Shown piece by piece: positions 19,447 through 29,334 of a stretch of 29,334 nt of DNA. The notes beneath the pieces were generated by a model. It ran no database searches. It saw only the letters and a list, made by a program, of their open reading frames with translations, and was not told the DNA's origin. Each line of letters starts with the position of its first letter. Position 1 is the stretch's first letter. A program made the position numbers and the translations under genes. Source of the stretch: Octopus sinensis (lineage: Eukaryota); assembly GCF_006345805.1 (NCBI RefSeq), contig NW_021833151.1, positions 1 through 29,334 of the forward strand. The letters are read 5' to 3'.

Positions 19447-19531
19447 TCTTCTTCTTCTTCTTCTCCTTCTTCTTCTCTTCTTCTTCTTCTTCTTCTTCTT
19501 CTTCTTCTTCTTCTTCTTCTTCTTCTTCTTC
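19447..19531. repeat. (CTT)n microsatellite
   Basis: Read directly. Confidence 0.95.
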
Positions 19532-19785
19532 CAATCAGGACTCATAACATTAGCCACAAAGAATAATCTCTAATTCGAGCCTACTCTAAGCTACTAAGAA
19601 TGCGCGTGGCAACTTGAAGATCCACCCAACACACGCGATAGACAGGCGGTTGCTACGTTGTTATTCTCATTCCGTAAACGGTGGCTTTTAACGGGTGGAG
19701 AGCTGAACCATCCTGGGGTACAGAGGATTCGCAATCTAGACTAGGGTCTGAAAGTTTACCACACCATAGTAGGTTACACCATGGT

Positions 19786-19999
19786 TCCTCTGCTTTGTGG
19801 CAGAAGTAGGAAGAAAGAGTGAGAGAAAGTCGTGGCGAAAGAGTACAACGGGGATCATCCCTCTCCTCGCCGGAGCCTCGTGGAGCTTAGGTGTTTTTGC
19901 TTAAAATGCCCGGTCTCACAATGCCCGGTCTGAGAATCGAAACCGCGTTCTTACGACCGCGAGTCCGCTGCCCTAACCACTGGGCCATTGCGCCTCCAC
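19786..19999 (-). mobile_element. tRNA-derived SINE (distinct family)
   Basis: Minus strand GTGGAGGCGCAATGGCCCAGTGGTTAGGGCAGCGGACTCGCGGTCG..GGTTTCGATTC head; internal duplication of AATGCCCGGTCT. Confidence 0.8.
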
Positions 20000-20221
20000 T
20001 GGAGCTGTTCTCGGGTACCATGTGATAATTGTGACACATCTTCTAGAGGCGGAGATTATTTGAATGAATCAAGAATTTGTATTGTACTGTTTGTGTACGC
20101 TGATTATTTGTACGCCGTTGTAGCACGAAGAAGTTCTCAATTGCCATTTGGTGAGGCGGAAACAACTTTTTATTAACCGGGAACATATACGGTATAATAT
20201 TTGATATATCTGTATTTGTCT

Positions 20222-20543
20222 GTGAAGGTGCATGGCTGAATGGTTAGAGCACCGGGCTCACAATCATGAGGTAGTGAGTTCGATTCCCGGACCGGGCTGT
20301 GCGTTGTGATCTTGAGCAAGATGCTTTATTTCCCGTTGCTCTGGTTCATTCAGCTGTAGAAATGAGTTTCGGCGTCAGTGGTGCCACACTTGGATAACAT
20401 CGGTCGCGTGAGAGGACAGGCTGGAACTCATGGGGGAATGCTGGTCTACCATAAACAACCTTGCGCGGACTTGTACCACAGAGAATAACTTTCTGGGTGC
20501 AATCCCACGGCCCTTTATGACCGAAGGGGGTCTTTACCCTTAA
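20222..20543 (+). mobile_element. SINE family C (tRNA head and CORE-like domain), 8-bp TSD
   Basis: Homologous to 28955-29287; ATTTGTCT at 20214-20221 and 20544-20551. Confidence 0.88.
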
Positions 20544-20554
20544 ATTTGTCTATG

Positions 20555-20890
20555 TTGTGCTTCTCAACCGCATGCTTCCGTGTTCTCTCCCACTGCGTGG
20601 CGCCTTGGGTGAGGGTATTCTACTAAAGCTTAGGAGTGATCATAGCCTTGTGAGTGGATTTGGAAACTGAAAGAAGCCCGTCCTTGTGTGTGTGTGTGGG
20701 GGGGTAGTTCGTTCAACCACCTCTTTACAACCGGTGTTCATGTGTTTATATTCCCGTAACTTAGCGTTTCGCCAAAACTGACAGATAGAATAAGTACCAG
20801 ACTTTAAAAAGATAATAAGCAGAGGGGTCGATTCTTCAAAGCAGTGCTCCAGCATGACTCCGGTCTAATGATTGAAACAAGTAAAAGATT
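20555..20890 (+). mobile_element. SINE family A, diverged
   Basis: CCACTGCGTGGCGCCTTGGG..GCCTTGTGAGTGGATTTGG..GTGCTCCAGCATG..GAAACAAGTAAAAG. Confidence 0.8.
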
Positions 20891-20904
20891 TTATATATAT
20901 CGAA

Positions 20905-20958
<54 letters not shown>

Positions 20959-21061
20959 TGTTATTAATCTGAACAAGTGTTAGAAATTAAATTGAAAACG
21001 ACCAAAGAATATGTGTGTGTGTATATATATAAACATATACACACATACACACGTTCACACG

Positions 21062-21143
<82 letters not shown>

Positions 21144-21273
21144 GTGGAGTGAGTGCCAGCAAGTATCGGGGTCGATTCATAAGCCGGTATCCCAGTATGG
21201 CCTCAGCCTAATGACTGAAACAGATTATACATATATATAAGCAGATAATATATATACATACATAATCTTTAAC

Positions 21274-21443
21274 AGTATTTGGTCAAACCGCTACGTTCTG
21301 ATTTCAAATTCCGCCGAAGCCGACTTTGCCTTTCATCCTTTCGAGGTCGATTAAATAAGTACCAGTTATGCATTGGGGTCGATGTAATCAACTAGTCCCC
21401 TCCTCACAAATTTCAGGCCATGTGCCTTTAGTAGAAAGGAATT
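21274..21443 (+). mobile_element. SINE family B (tail type 2)
   Basis: TTCAAATTCCGCCG..GACTTTGCCTTTCATCCTTTCGAGGTCGAT, ending AAATTTCAGGCC..TGCCTTTAGTAGAAAGGA. Confidence 0.85.
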
Positions 21444-21455
21444 TATATATATATA

Positions 21456-21856
21456 CTCATTTTACTCTTTACTCTTTTACTTGTTAAAGTCATGCTGGAG
21501 CACCGCCTTTAGTCGATCAAATCGACCCCAGGACGTATTTTTGTAAGCCTAGTACTTATTTTATCGGTCTCTTTTTTGCCGAACCGCTAAGTTACGGGGA
21601 TGTAAGCACACCAGCATCGGTTGTCAAGCGATGTTGGGGGGACAAACACAGACACACAAACACGCACATACATATATATATATATATAAACATATATACG
21701 ACGGGCTTCTTTCAGTTTCCGTCTACCAAATCCACTCACAAGGCTTTGGTCGGCCCGAGGCTATTGTAGAAGACACTTACCCTAGGTGCCACGCAGTGGG
21801 ACTGAACCCGGAACCATGTGGTTCGTAAGCAAGCTACTTACCACACAGCCACTCCT
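21456..21856 (-). mobile_element. SINE family A, near full length
   Basis: Reverse complement of 18421-18845 with a small 3' deletion. Confidence 0.92.
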
Positions 21857-21913
21857 CACTTTTATTCTTCAATACGTTTTAGCCCAGTGTAAAGATCTTC
21901 TCAATGGCCAATC

Positions 21914-22472
21914 TTATGATTGATAAAGTGGGGAGTTCGACACCGCTGGGTTCTTTTTGGCCTCCTGCCTTGTTAGTGATTCATCTGGCACCTTGAATAG
22001 CAAGGGGTCACGTTTCTTGAAAACAACAACTTCTACTCTGTGAAGATCCCTCAGATAATTTAGCATACCATTAAATACCTGTGGGCTCTTGAAACCTAAG
22101 CTATTGCAGTACATGTTCCCCACTCTAGACGGGACAGCTGGGGCATTTGGAACAGTGCAGTGACATCCAGTTCGGGAGGCTGTTATAGCTCTGGATACCA
22201 AAGTTTGGTGCCAGCCCCTCCAGGATCTTACATACATGTATCACTGCATACCTCTCCCGTTTTCGCTCCAGGGATTAGAGCCGTAGATCTTTCAGTCTCT
22301 CATACTAGCTCAGTTGTTTCACCAGCTCAGTTTCTTCCTGGCGTACCAACGCTCAATTGCCTCAAGTTCTGTTATTAATTTGACACCGTAGTGTAACGAC
22401 AGTTGAGAGCAATAGTCCCAACGGATGAGTACAAATGTTCTCCAGAGAACCAGCATAGTTTCCTGGTCCCTT
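21914..22472 (-). pseudogene. Decayed 3' end of a CR1-group LINE ORF2
   Basis: Translations RDQETMLVLWRTFVLIRWDYCSQL and SLGFKSPQVFNGMLNYLRDLHRVEVVVFKK..LL.KVPDE resemble the post-RT C-terminus of CR1/L2-type LINEs; frameshifted. Confidence 0.75.
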
Positions 22473-22695
22473 GTGTGTCTGTGTTTGTCCCTCTACGATC
22501 GCTTGACAACCGATTTTGGTGTGTTTACGTCGCCGTAACCTAATAGTTCGGCAAAAGAGATCGATAGAATAAGTACTAAGCTTATAAAGAATGAGTCCTG
22601 GGGTTGATTTGTTCGACTAAAAAGGCTGTGCTCCAGCATGTCCACGGGCAAATGACTGAAAGATGTAAAAGAATTTTAAAAAATGAATAAAAGAA
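22473..22695 (+). mobile_element. SINE family A 3' half
   Basis: GTGTTTGTCCC..CGCTTGACAACCG..GTGCTCCAGCATG..AATGACTGAAA. Confidence 0.85.
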
Positions 22696-23034
22696 TATAT
22701 ATATACATATATAGGAAGCAGAGTATATAGATAAAGGTAAATGTGACCGGTCTATGGGTTTACCCTGGGTTACACTTCCAGAAAGCGCTTATCTCTACAG
22801 TGTCTCTTCAGCCCCTAGGCCTATCATATCTCTAGCAAGATGCCTCTGTTGTAAATGGAGGAGGGAAAGACTTCGTTACTCTATGTCAATAACTAGGGAT
22901 TGTCTCCTCTTGACTGCTATTCGTAATTGACCCTGCGGTAAGTGTCTTTCAGGGTACCGGCCGGAATTTCCCTCAGTGCTAGCAGGGTCCGAAGACTTCC
23001 ATATATTCACATGCATGAATGTATGTAACTATAG

Positions 23035-23477
23035 GGATCTTATCGGTTTGAACGGCAGTTTTTTCTAGTGGTGTCATATGAAATTGTCACCCATAATTAT
23101 GACCCTAGTATCGATCTATAGCATTTCAATCTGTTTTAGGGTTAGGGTTAGTTAGGGTTAGGGTTAGGGTTAGGGTTAGGAGTGGGGCGAAGGGTATCTT
23201 TTTTCTTCAGAAATGTAAATAAACCCAATCTGTTTCTTAAACGAGGGACATTTTCATACGGCACAGAATGTTTTCACCTCAATAGACGTCATTGATTGGT
23301 TGAAATTGCAGAAATTGAAGAAAAAAACAACAAAAATCTTATAAGCTATAGAATTTTCTCAATAAAGCCAATAGAAAAAGATGTTTTATAAACACATTCT
23401 ACCAGTATACGAAGTTTAAAAGTGTTTAGTTACGTGGAAATTACTTTAAAAAACTGCTGTTCAAACCGAAAAGATTC
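23035..23477. mobile_element. Second copy of the TTAGGG-bearing MITE, flanked by a 17-bp direct repeat
   Basis: Colinear with 16670-17091; AATGTATGTAACTATAG at 23018-23034 and 23478-23494. Confidence 0.92.
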
Positions 23478-23538
23478 AATGTATGTAACTATAGTTCTCT
23501 GTTGAAAGAAAAACGATACGCACTGTTATGTAAGACAT

Positions 23539-23723
23539 GGGTTAATTCCTGTTCGGTCACGTGATGGTGGTCTGATACTCCGTTAAAGCATTTAGCTTCA
23601 CGTACTTCCTGGTATGTCGTTATTCAGTTGCATTAAGTAATTTGACTGAGGAAGTAGACGTAATATAATGTTTCAGCCGTGTATCGGACCATCATCAGTC
23701 ATGTAACTAACCAGGAACTTACC
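23539..23723. mobile_element. Diverged copy of the 18968-19147 inverted-repeat element
   Basis: GGTCACGTGATGGTGGTCTGATAC...GTATCGGACCATCATCAGTCATGTAACTAACCAGGAACTTACC. Confidence 0.75.
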
Positions 23724-23789
23724 AATTCTATAGACATGTCAAACGAGGAATGCGTGTTGTATTATATATATATATATATACTATATTTA

Positions 23790-24022
23790 TGATTTACTTC
23801 TTTTAGTTACTAGACTGCGGCCATGCTGGGGCAACGCCTTGAGGAACTTTTAGGCGAATAGATCGACCCTAGTACTTCCTGTTGCTGTTTTTTGTTCCAT
23901 TGCTTTCTAAATCTTGGGATTTATTTTATCAGTCTACTTTGCCGAACCACTAAGTTACGGGGATGTTAACACACCAACCCCCTCCGTTGCCTAGTGGTTG
24001 GGGAGGACAGACATAGACACAA
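23790..24022 (-). mobile_element. SINE family A-related 3' half
   Basis: GACTGCGGCCATGCTGGGGCA..GCCGAACC..TAAGTTACGGGGA. Confidence 0.75.
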
Positions 24023-24108
24023 AGACATATACACGCGCATATAATACATACATATGTATGTGTGTGTGTATGTGTGTGTGTATGCATATTACCACACACA
24101 CACATATA

Positions 24109-24476
24109 CAGGGTGCGATGAGCGAATTGTCGCCATTAAATATGTACGCGCATTATTTGTTTTTGATTTTGTCGACTACACAGTATAGTAGGGTCAGTTA
24201 GGCACCGTCTGTGAGAAAAACAGCACAATGATGCAATTCACTCTGCCAGAAATTTGGAAATGACATGCTGTACTGCTTTGGCATTCGCGCCGCAAGCTCC
24301 AAAACAAACATTTCAGAGTGTTTAGGTGTCAATCTGAGGAGAGTACAATCTGAAGATATGTACCGAGAGTGACAAAAACCAAACATCCAGTCAGCATCAT
24401 GGTGTTTTGAGTGATCACTAGTGATGGCGACCTTATGCTTCCATTCATCTTCCCACTCCGCCCCAGACTCAACACC
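24109..24476 (+). mobile_element. Internally deleted Tc1/mariner (maT/DD37D-like) transposon relic
   Basis: TA then CAGGGTG terminus; translation KTKHPVSIMVF*VITSDGDLMLPFIFP..PRLN resembles the K-x-P-x-S-V-M-V-W-G region of IS630-Tc1-mariner transposases. No right TIR found. Confidence 0.7.
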
Positions 24477-24921
24477 TTAATTACTGTCCTTGTTTTTTCT
24501 CTTTTTAGGGTCGGTGTATATCTAGGAATACATTATCAAATAAGTCTCTTCCCTCTTCCTAAAGATGCAGGATATTTGGAGGAAGAGTTGCCTGCTGTTT
24601 CTGGCAGTGCAAGAAACCACATGGAAACTTCCTTGCTCTCTCTCTCACTCTCTCTCCCCCTCTCCCACCATCTCTTTCCCGCTCTTAGGCTTATAACATT
24701 CATTAGAATTGCTGATAGTTTTGTTAATTCTGATGGTAGTATGAGGGGAAGCTCCTTCCCTATTTAAGTGAATCGGATTTAATTAACAGATGACTTTAGT
24801 TCTATTTCCAGTAGGCTGAGCGGCCGTCTAAAGGCGTCCTCATTCAACAACAAGCTATTGGACATACCTTACTCAGCTGAAGTCCATCATCGTTCCATAA
24901 AGATAGCTGTTTATTTCACCT

Positions 24922-25185
24922 CGGACAAATGTCTTTTACTATAACCTCTCGCCGACCAAAGCCTTGTGAATTGATTTTGTAGATGGAAACTGTAAAAAGA
25001 CCGTTGTTTATATGTGTGTTTGTGTCTATGTTGTCCCTTCCCTCCCCACTACCAACGCTTAAAAACCGGTGTTGGTGTGTTTAAGTCCCCGTAACTTTGC
25101 GCTTTGAGGTCGATATATTCAATTACAATTTCTTTATGGTGGTACCCCAGCATGGCTGCAATCTAATGAGTAATAGATTAATTAC
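24922..25185 (+). mobile_element. SINE family A, diverged and partly deleted
   Basis: GCCGACCAAAGCCTTGTGAA..GGAAACTG..CCGGTGTTGGTGTGTTT..CCCAGCATGGCTGCA. Confidence 0.75.
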
Positions 25186-25489
25186 TAAAAAGTGTCACCT
25201 TAGCTTATCGTCCTTCAGTGTGGATAAAACAAGGGACCAATCTAAGGTAGTGGATTGGAGAAAATGTTTTGAAGGTGCCTTGTGGTGTTTGTTCCAGTTC
25301 TATATGTTCTAACGGTACGTCTGCAACGACACTGATACCAATTTGTAAGAGCACACGTCGGTTGCCTTTGCCGTGGATAAACGATTTCGTGAATAAGGGT
25401 AAATTGCATGCTTGGGAAACCTCCAGGCGCTTACATATGCAAATGTCTGGTCAAATGTGAGCAATGAAGACTACTCCAACATAACTTCT

Positions 25490-25771
25490 CTTTTTATCTT
25501 TTTCTTGTTTCAGTCATTAGATTGCGGCCATGCTGGGGCACCGCTTTCATGAATTTTTGTTGAACGAATCGACCACAGTACTGATATTTTTAATCCTGGT
25601 ACTTAATCCCGTCAGTCTCTTTTGTCGAACAGCTATGTTACGGAGATGCAAACACCGGTGTCAAGTGGTGTGTGGGAGAAACACAGGCATATATATATAT
25701 ATATATATATATAATTATACATTATTTATACATATATATAAATATATAATATTTTATATATATATATATTA

Positions 25772-25815
<44 letters not shown>

Positions 25816-25898
25816 ACTATGTTCATATATATATACACCACACACCACACACCCACACACACACGCCCACACACACACACACAACACACACATACATA

Positions 25899-25938
<40 letters not shown>

Positions 25939-26298
25939 CATATACGACTTGGTTCTTTCAATTTCCGTCAACTAAATCGGCTCTCAAAGTTTTGGTTGAC
26001 CCGAGGGACTGAAACCGGAACAATGTGGTTAGGAAGCAAACTTCTTATTTCTTTACTTCCCACAAGGGGCCACACACAGAGGGGGCCAAACAAGGACAGA
26101 CATAGGTATTAAGTCGATTACATCGACCCCAGTGCGTAACTGGTCTTTAATTTATCGACCTCAAAATGATGAAAGGCAAAGTCAACCTCGGCGGAATTTG
26201 AACTCAGAACGTAACGGCAGACGAAATACCGCTAAGCATTTCGCCCTGCGTGCTAACGTTTCTGCCAGCTCGCCGCCTTCTTACCACACAGCTATGCT
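25490..26298 (-). mobile_element. SINE family A with expanded internal microsatellite and a nested family B SINE
   Basis: 3' half 25490-25688, microsatellite 25689-25940, 5' half 25945-26046 and 26276-26298. Confidence 0.75.
26048..26276 (-). mobile_element. SINE family B (tail type 1), nested, ~7-bp TSD
   Basis: Reverse complement of 14317-14530; CTTCTTA flanks both sides. Confidence 0.9.
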
Positions 26299-26769
26299 TA
26301 TACAGAGATCTTAGTTTTTCGAAGGCCATCACATGTACACCAAAAACCCGTGGCTCGTTACTGTGTGTGTCATAGGCTCACTTTAAGTAGATAAAGCTCA
26401 ACATTTCCAGTCGTGGAATAGAATAGAATTCAACTCTAAAACCCCATTAGATCTTTCATCCACAGGGATCAGTCATTAGAAATCCCTTATGGCTTATTAA
26501 ATAAGTCTTGCAATAATAACTAGAATATAATGAGGTATCAGTTCACCCAACTGAAGGAATCACAGTATTTTAATTCGTCATGGTTGAACTTTCAAACCCG
26601 GTCAGAGTTGACTTTGTGTTTTCCTTCCTTCTGGGATCATTGGTGTGTACTGGCAGGTGTGACGCTAGTTTGCTACAGTTCTACTCGGACTCATTAGGAC
26701 GGTATAACGCATAGATAACTTCAAATACATATACACATACACACAGATGTATGAACGTTAAATATTTAC

Positions 26770-26973
26770 GTGGATATATATATATATATATATATATAGA
26801 TATATATATGTATGCATGTATGTATGTATGTATGTATGTATATAGATGTATAGATATATGTATATATACATATAAATAAATATATATATATATAGATATA
26901 TATTATATAGTATATATATATATATGAATATATATGTATGTATGTTATGTATATATTAATATATATATATATT

Positions 26974-27008
<35 letters not shown>

Positions 27009-27860
27009 ATAGATAAGTTTCTTTATTGGCCACACAGGCTGCACACAGATGGGACAAGTTACAAGGTAGAGCTTTTCTTTTGGGGGATGAAAAAAAACAA
27101 AAAACAAAAGAAACAAAAAAGGGGTGGCGTAGGTTTTCGATCAAGAGGGATCGTAAAAGGGAAGAAAGAACAAAAAAAAATATAAAAAAAAAAAAGAATA
27201 TATATATGTATAGATAGATAGACACACAGTCAGATAGATATGTATGCCTGCATGTATATATATATATATGTATGTATATCTATGTATATATGTATCTATC
27301 TATTAATCTATCAATACATACACATACACACAAACACACACTCAAACACACGCACGAACACACACACACACACACACACATACACTCACTTTTTCCATTT
27401 CCTTCATATAATCTATGTTCTCCTTTTATTATCGATTTTTATATTTTTTCATTAAATTATGTGTCTAGCAAACAACACTACAGATAAATTCTATTGTTGT
27501 TTTATACATATGTGTGTGTATGTGCGCGTTTGTGTGTGATTATGTGTACTGTGTATTTATTTATGTGTGTAAGTGTGTATGTATATATATAGATAGATAT
27601 ATATATATGCATGTATGTATGATGTATGTGTATATATATATGTGTGTATGTCTGTATGTATGTATATGTATGTATGTATGTATGTATATATGTATGTATG
27701 TATATGTATATATAATATACATATACATACATATACATACTTACATACATATTACATAAGTAAAATATATATTCCATAAATGAATTGTAAAATATATATA
27801 TATAAATGCTTGTACGCAAATTATGTATAAAAGTATATATATATATATATATATGACGAG
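26770..27860. repeat. Compound TA/TATG/CA microsatellite field
   Basis: Read directly. Confidence 0.9.
27018..27170 (-). mobile_element. Probable 3' UTR tail of a LINE, sharing its end with SINE B tail type 1
   Basis: TTTCTTTATTGGCCACACAGGCTGCACACAGATGGGACAA..CAAGG resembles TTTCTTTACTTCCCACAAGGGGCCACACACAGAGGGGGCCAAACAAGG at 26048-26096. Confidence 0.55.
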
Positions 27861-27997
27861 GGCGAATTGGATGAAGAGTAAGAAGAAATGGAGGGAAGCA
27901 AGCGAGAAAGAGGAAAAAGAGTTATGAAAGTCGGCCATGAATTTAACTGGGTACTGGGCGAATGAGAGATAAGTGGTGTGTTAAATGCAAAGTTCTG

Positions 27998-28176
27998 TAT
28001 CATCATCATCATCATCATCCTAGTTGTTGTTGTTGTTGTTGTTTGTTGTCGTCGTCGCCGTTGTTGTTGTTGTTGTGTTATTCTTCTTCTTCTTCTTCTT
28101 CTGCTTCTTCTCGTTGACATCATCATCATCATCATAATCATAATCACCATCATCATTATTATTATTATTATTATTG
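27998..28176. repeat. (ATC)n/(GTT)n/(CTT)n/(ATT)n trinucleotide block
   Basis: Read directly; a similar block lies at 28360-28520. Confidence 0.9.
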
Positions 28177-28353
28177 AGACGGTGAGCTAGTAGAATCGTT
28201 GGTACGCCGGATGAAATGCTCAGCGGTATTTTGCCCGTCGCTATATTCTGAGTTCATATTCTGCCGAGGTCGACTTTGCCTTTTATCCTTGGGGGTCGAT
28301 AAATTAAGTACCAGTGAAATTTCAGGCTCTCTGCCTTTAGTAGAAAGGATTAT
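28177..28353 (+). mobile_element. SINE family B (tail type 2)
   Basis: GGTGAGCTAGTAGAATCGTT head, central domain, AAATTTCAGGC..TGCCTTTAGTAGAAAGGATTATT tail. A further 5' fragment lies at about 28521-28556. Confidence 0.85.
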
Positions 28354-28382
28354 TTTTGTTGTTGTTATTATTATTATCATCA

Positions 28383-28449
<67 letters not shown>

Positions 28450-28954
28450 CATCATCATCATCATCATAATTATAATCATAATCATCATCATCATCATCAT
28501 TATTATCATCATTACTATTAAGGTGGTGAGCTGGTAGAATCATTAACACTCCGGGACAGCAATTCCCCACGCATACAAATGTCTCCTCAAAATGGCACTG
28601 GTATCGTTCCACTCTATCAGGGCTTGGTGCCAGTGTCGACAAGGACGTTACCGCCCAACCGCAAACAGACACTGCAAAACATCTCTTCGACGGTCTCGAA
28701 ATTCCAGCTTTCCATCGCACTGTTTTTTTGTTTTTTTTTTTTTTGTATTTTAATCACCCACTTCGAAAAAATGGAAGGTGACGTTGACTTCGGTAGAATT
28801 TGAACACAGTGAGCAGACGACCTGAACAAACTCTGCAAGGTGTTTTTTTCAATGCTGTAACGCCAATTCACCATTTTTTTTTTTCTGGGTAGACGATTTC
28901 TTGCCCAGAAGAACCTTGGCTATACATTGAATACCTTTGAGCCTGATATATCTG

Positions 28955-29287
28955 GTGAAGGCGCATGGCTCAGTGGTTAGAGCGTCGAACTTACGACGGT
29001 CAGGTTGTGAGTTCGAATCCAGGCTGCGTGTTGTGTTCTTGAGCAAGACACTTTATTTCATGTTACTCCAGTTCAGTCAGCTGTAGAAATGAGTTGCGAC
29101 GTCACTGGTGTCAAGCTGTATCGGCCCCTTTGCCTTTCCCTTGGATAACATCAGTGACATGGTGAGAGGAGGCTGGTATGTATGGGCGACTACTGGTCTT
29201 CCATAATCAACCTTGCCCGGACTTGTGCCTCGGAAGCTAATTTTCTAGGTGCAATCTTATGGTCATTCGTGACCGAAGGGGGTCTTC
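28955..29287 (+). mobile_element. SINE family C, full length, 10-bp TSD
   Basis: GTGAAGGCGCATGGCTCAGTGGTTAGAGCG..GAGTTCGAATCC head; GATATATCTG at 28945-28954 and 29288-29297. Confidence 0.92.
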
Positions 29288-29334
29288 GATATATCTGACT
29301 CGGATTGGAAGAGGGCTACACAATAACAACAGCA

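Noticed and set aside
19930-19999. Functional tRNA genes at SINE heads (also 20222 and 28955)
   Set aside because: They lack a closed acceptor stem and continue into SINE bodies; the two family C copies also have TSDs.
12821-21828. Recurrent small ORFs such as MLGGQTQTH... and ...GFGRPEAIVEDTCPRCHAV
   Set aside because: Translations of SINE A copies; their similarity reflects the repeat, not a gene family.
22720-23000. Complex non-repetitive stretch (also 19570-19785 and 26310-26590) as exons
   Set aside because: No convincing ORF, splice-site pair or recognisable homology by eye; left unassigned.

Overview
This is eukaryotic, microsatellite-saturated intergenic or intronic DNA. The tRNA-derived SINE families look like those of octopus (recognised from memory, not by a database search). 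No host protein-coding gene can be supported; nearly all small ORFs in the track are translations of simple repeats or SINEs. The main feature is a young, near full-length Penelope-like retroelement (PLE) at 6144-12852, inserted in a (TA)n tract. It has an RT plus C-terminal GIY-YIG ORF on the minus strand, two ~825-bp pseudo-LTRs, and a head-to-head inverted 1.6-kb second copy. Each pseudo-LTR carries a minimal type-I hammerhead ribozyme motif with a non-canonical CCGAAGA core. Two unrelated short elements (about 1600-1816 and 2296-2488) carry further minimal hammerhead motifs, also with variant cores. Other notable items are a tRNA-like cloverleaf enclosed by 36-bp inverted repeats (834-1051), two copies of a (TTAGGG)n-bearing MITE with different target-site duplications (8 vs 17 bp), SINEs with alternative 3' tails and a candidate partner-LINE tail, CR1 and Tc1/mariner relics, and a SINE-free CpG-rich block (about 3560-5600) that may be a host promoter or 5' UTR.
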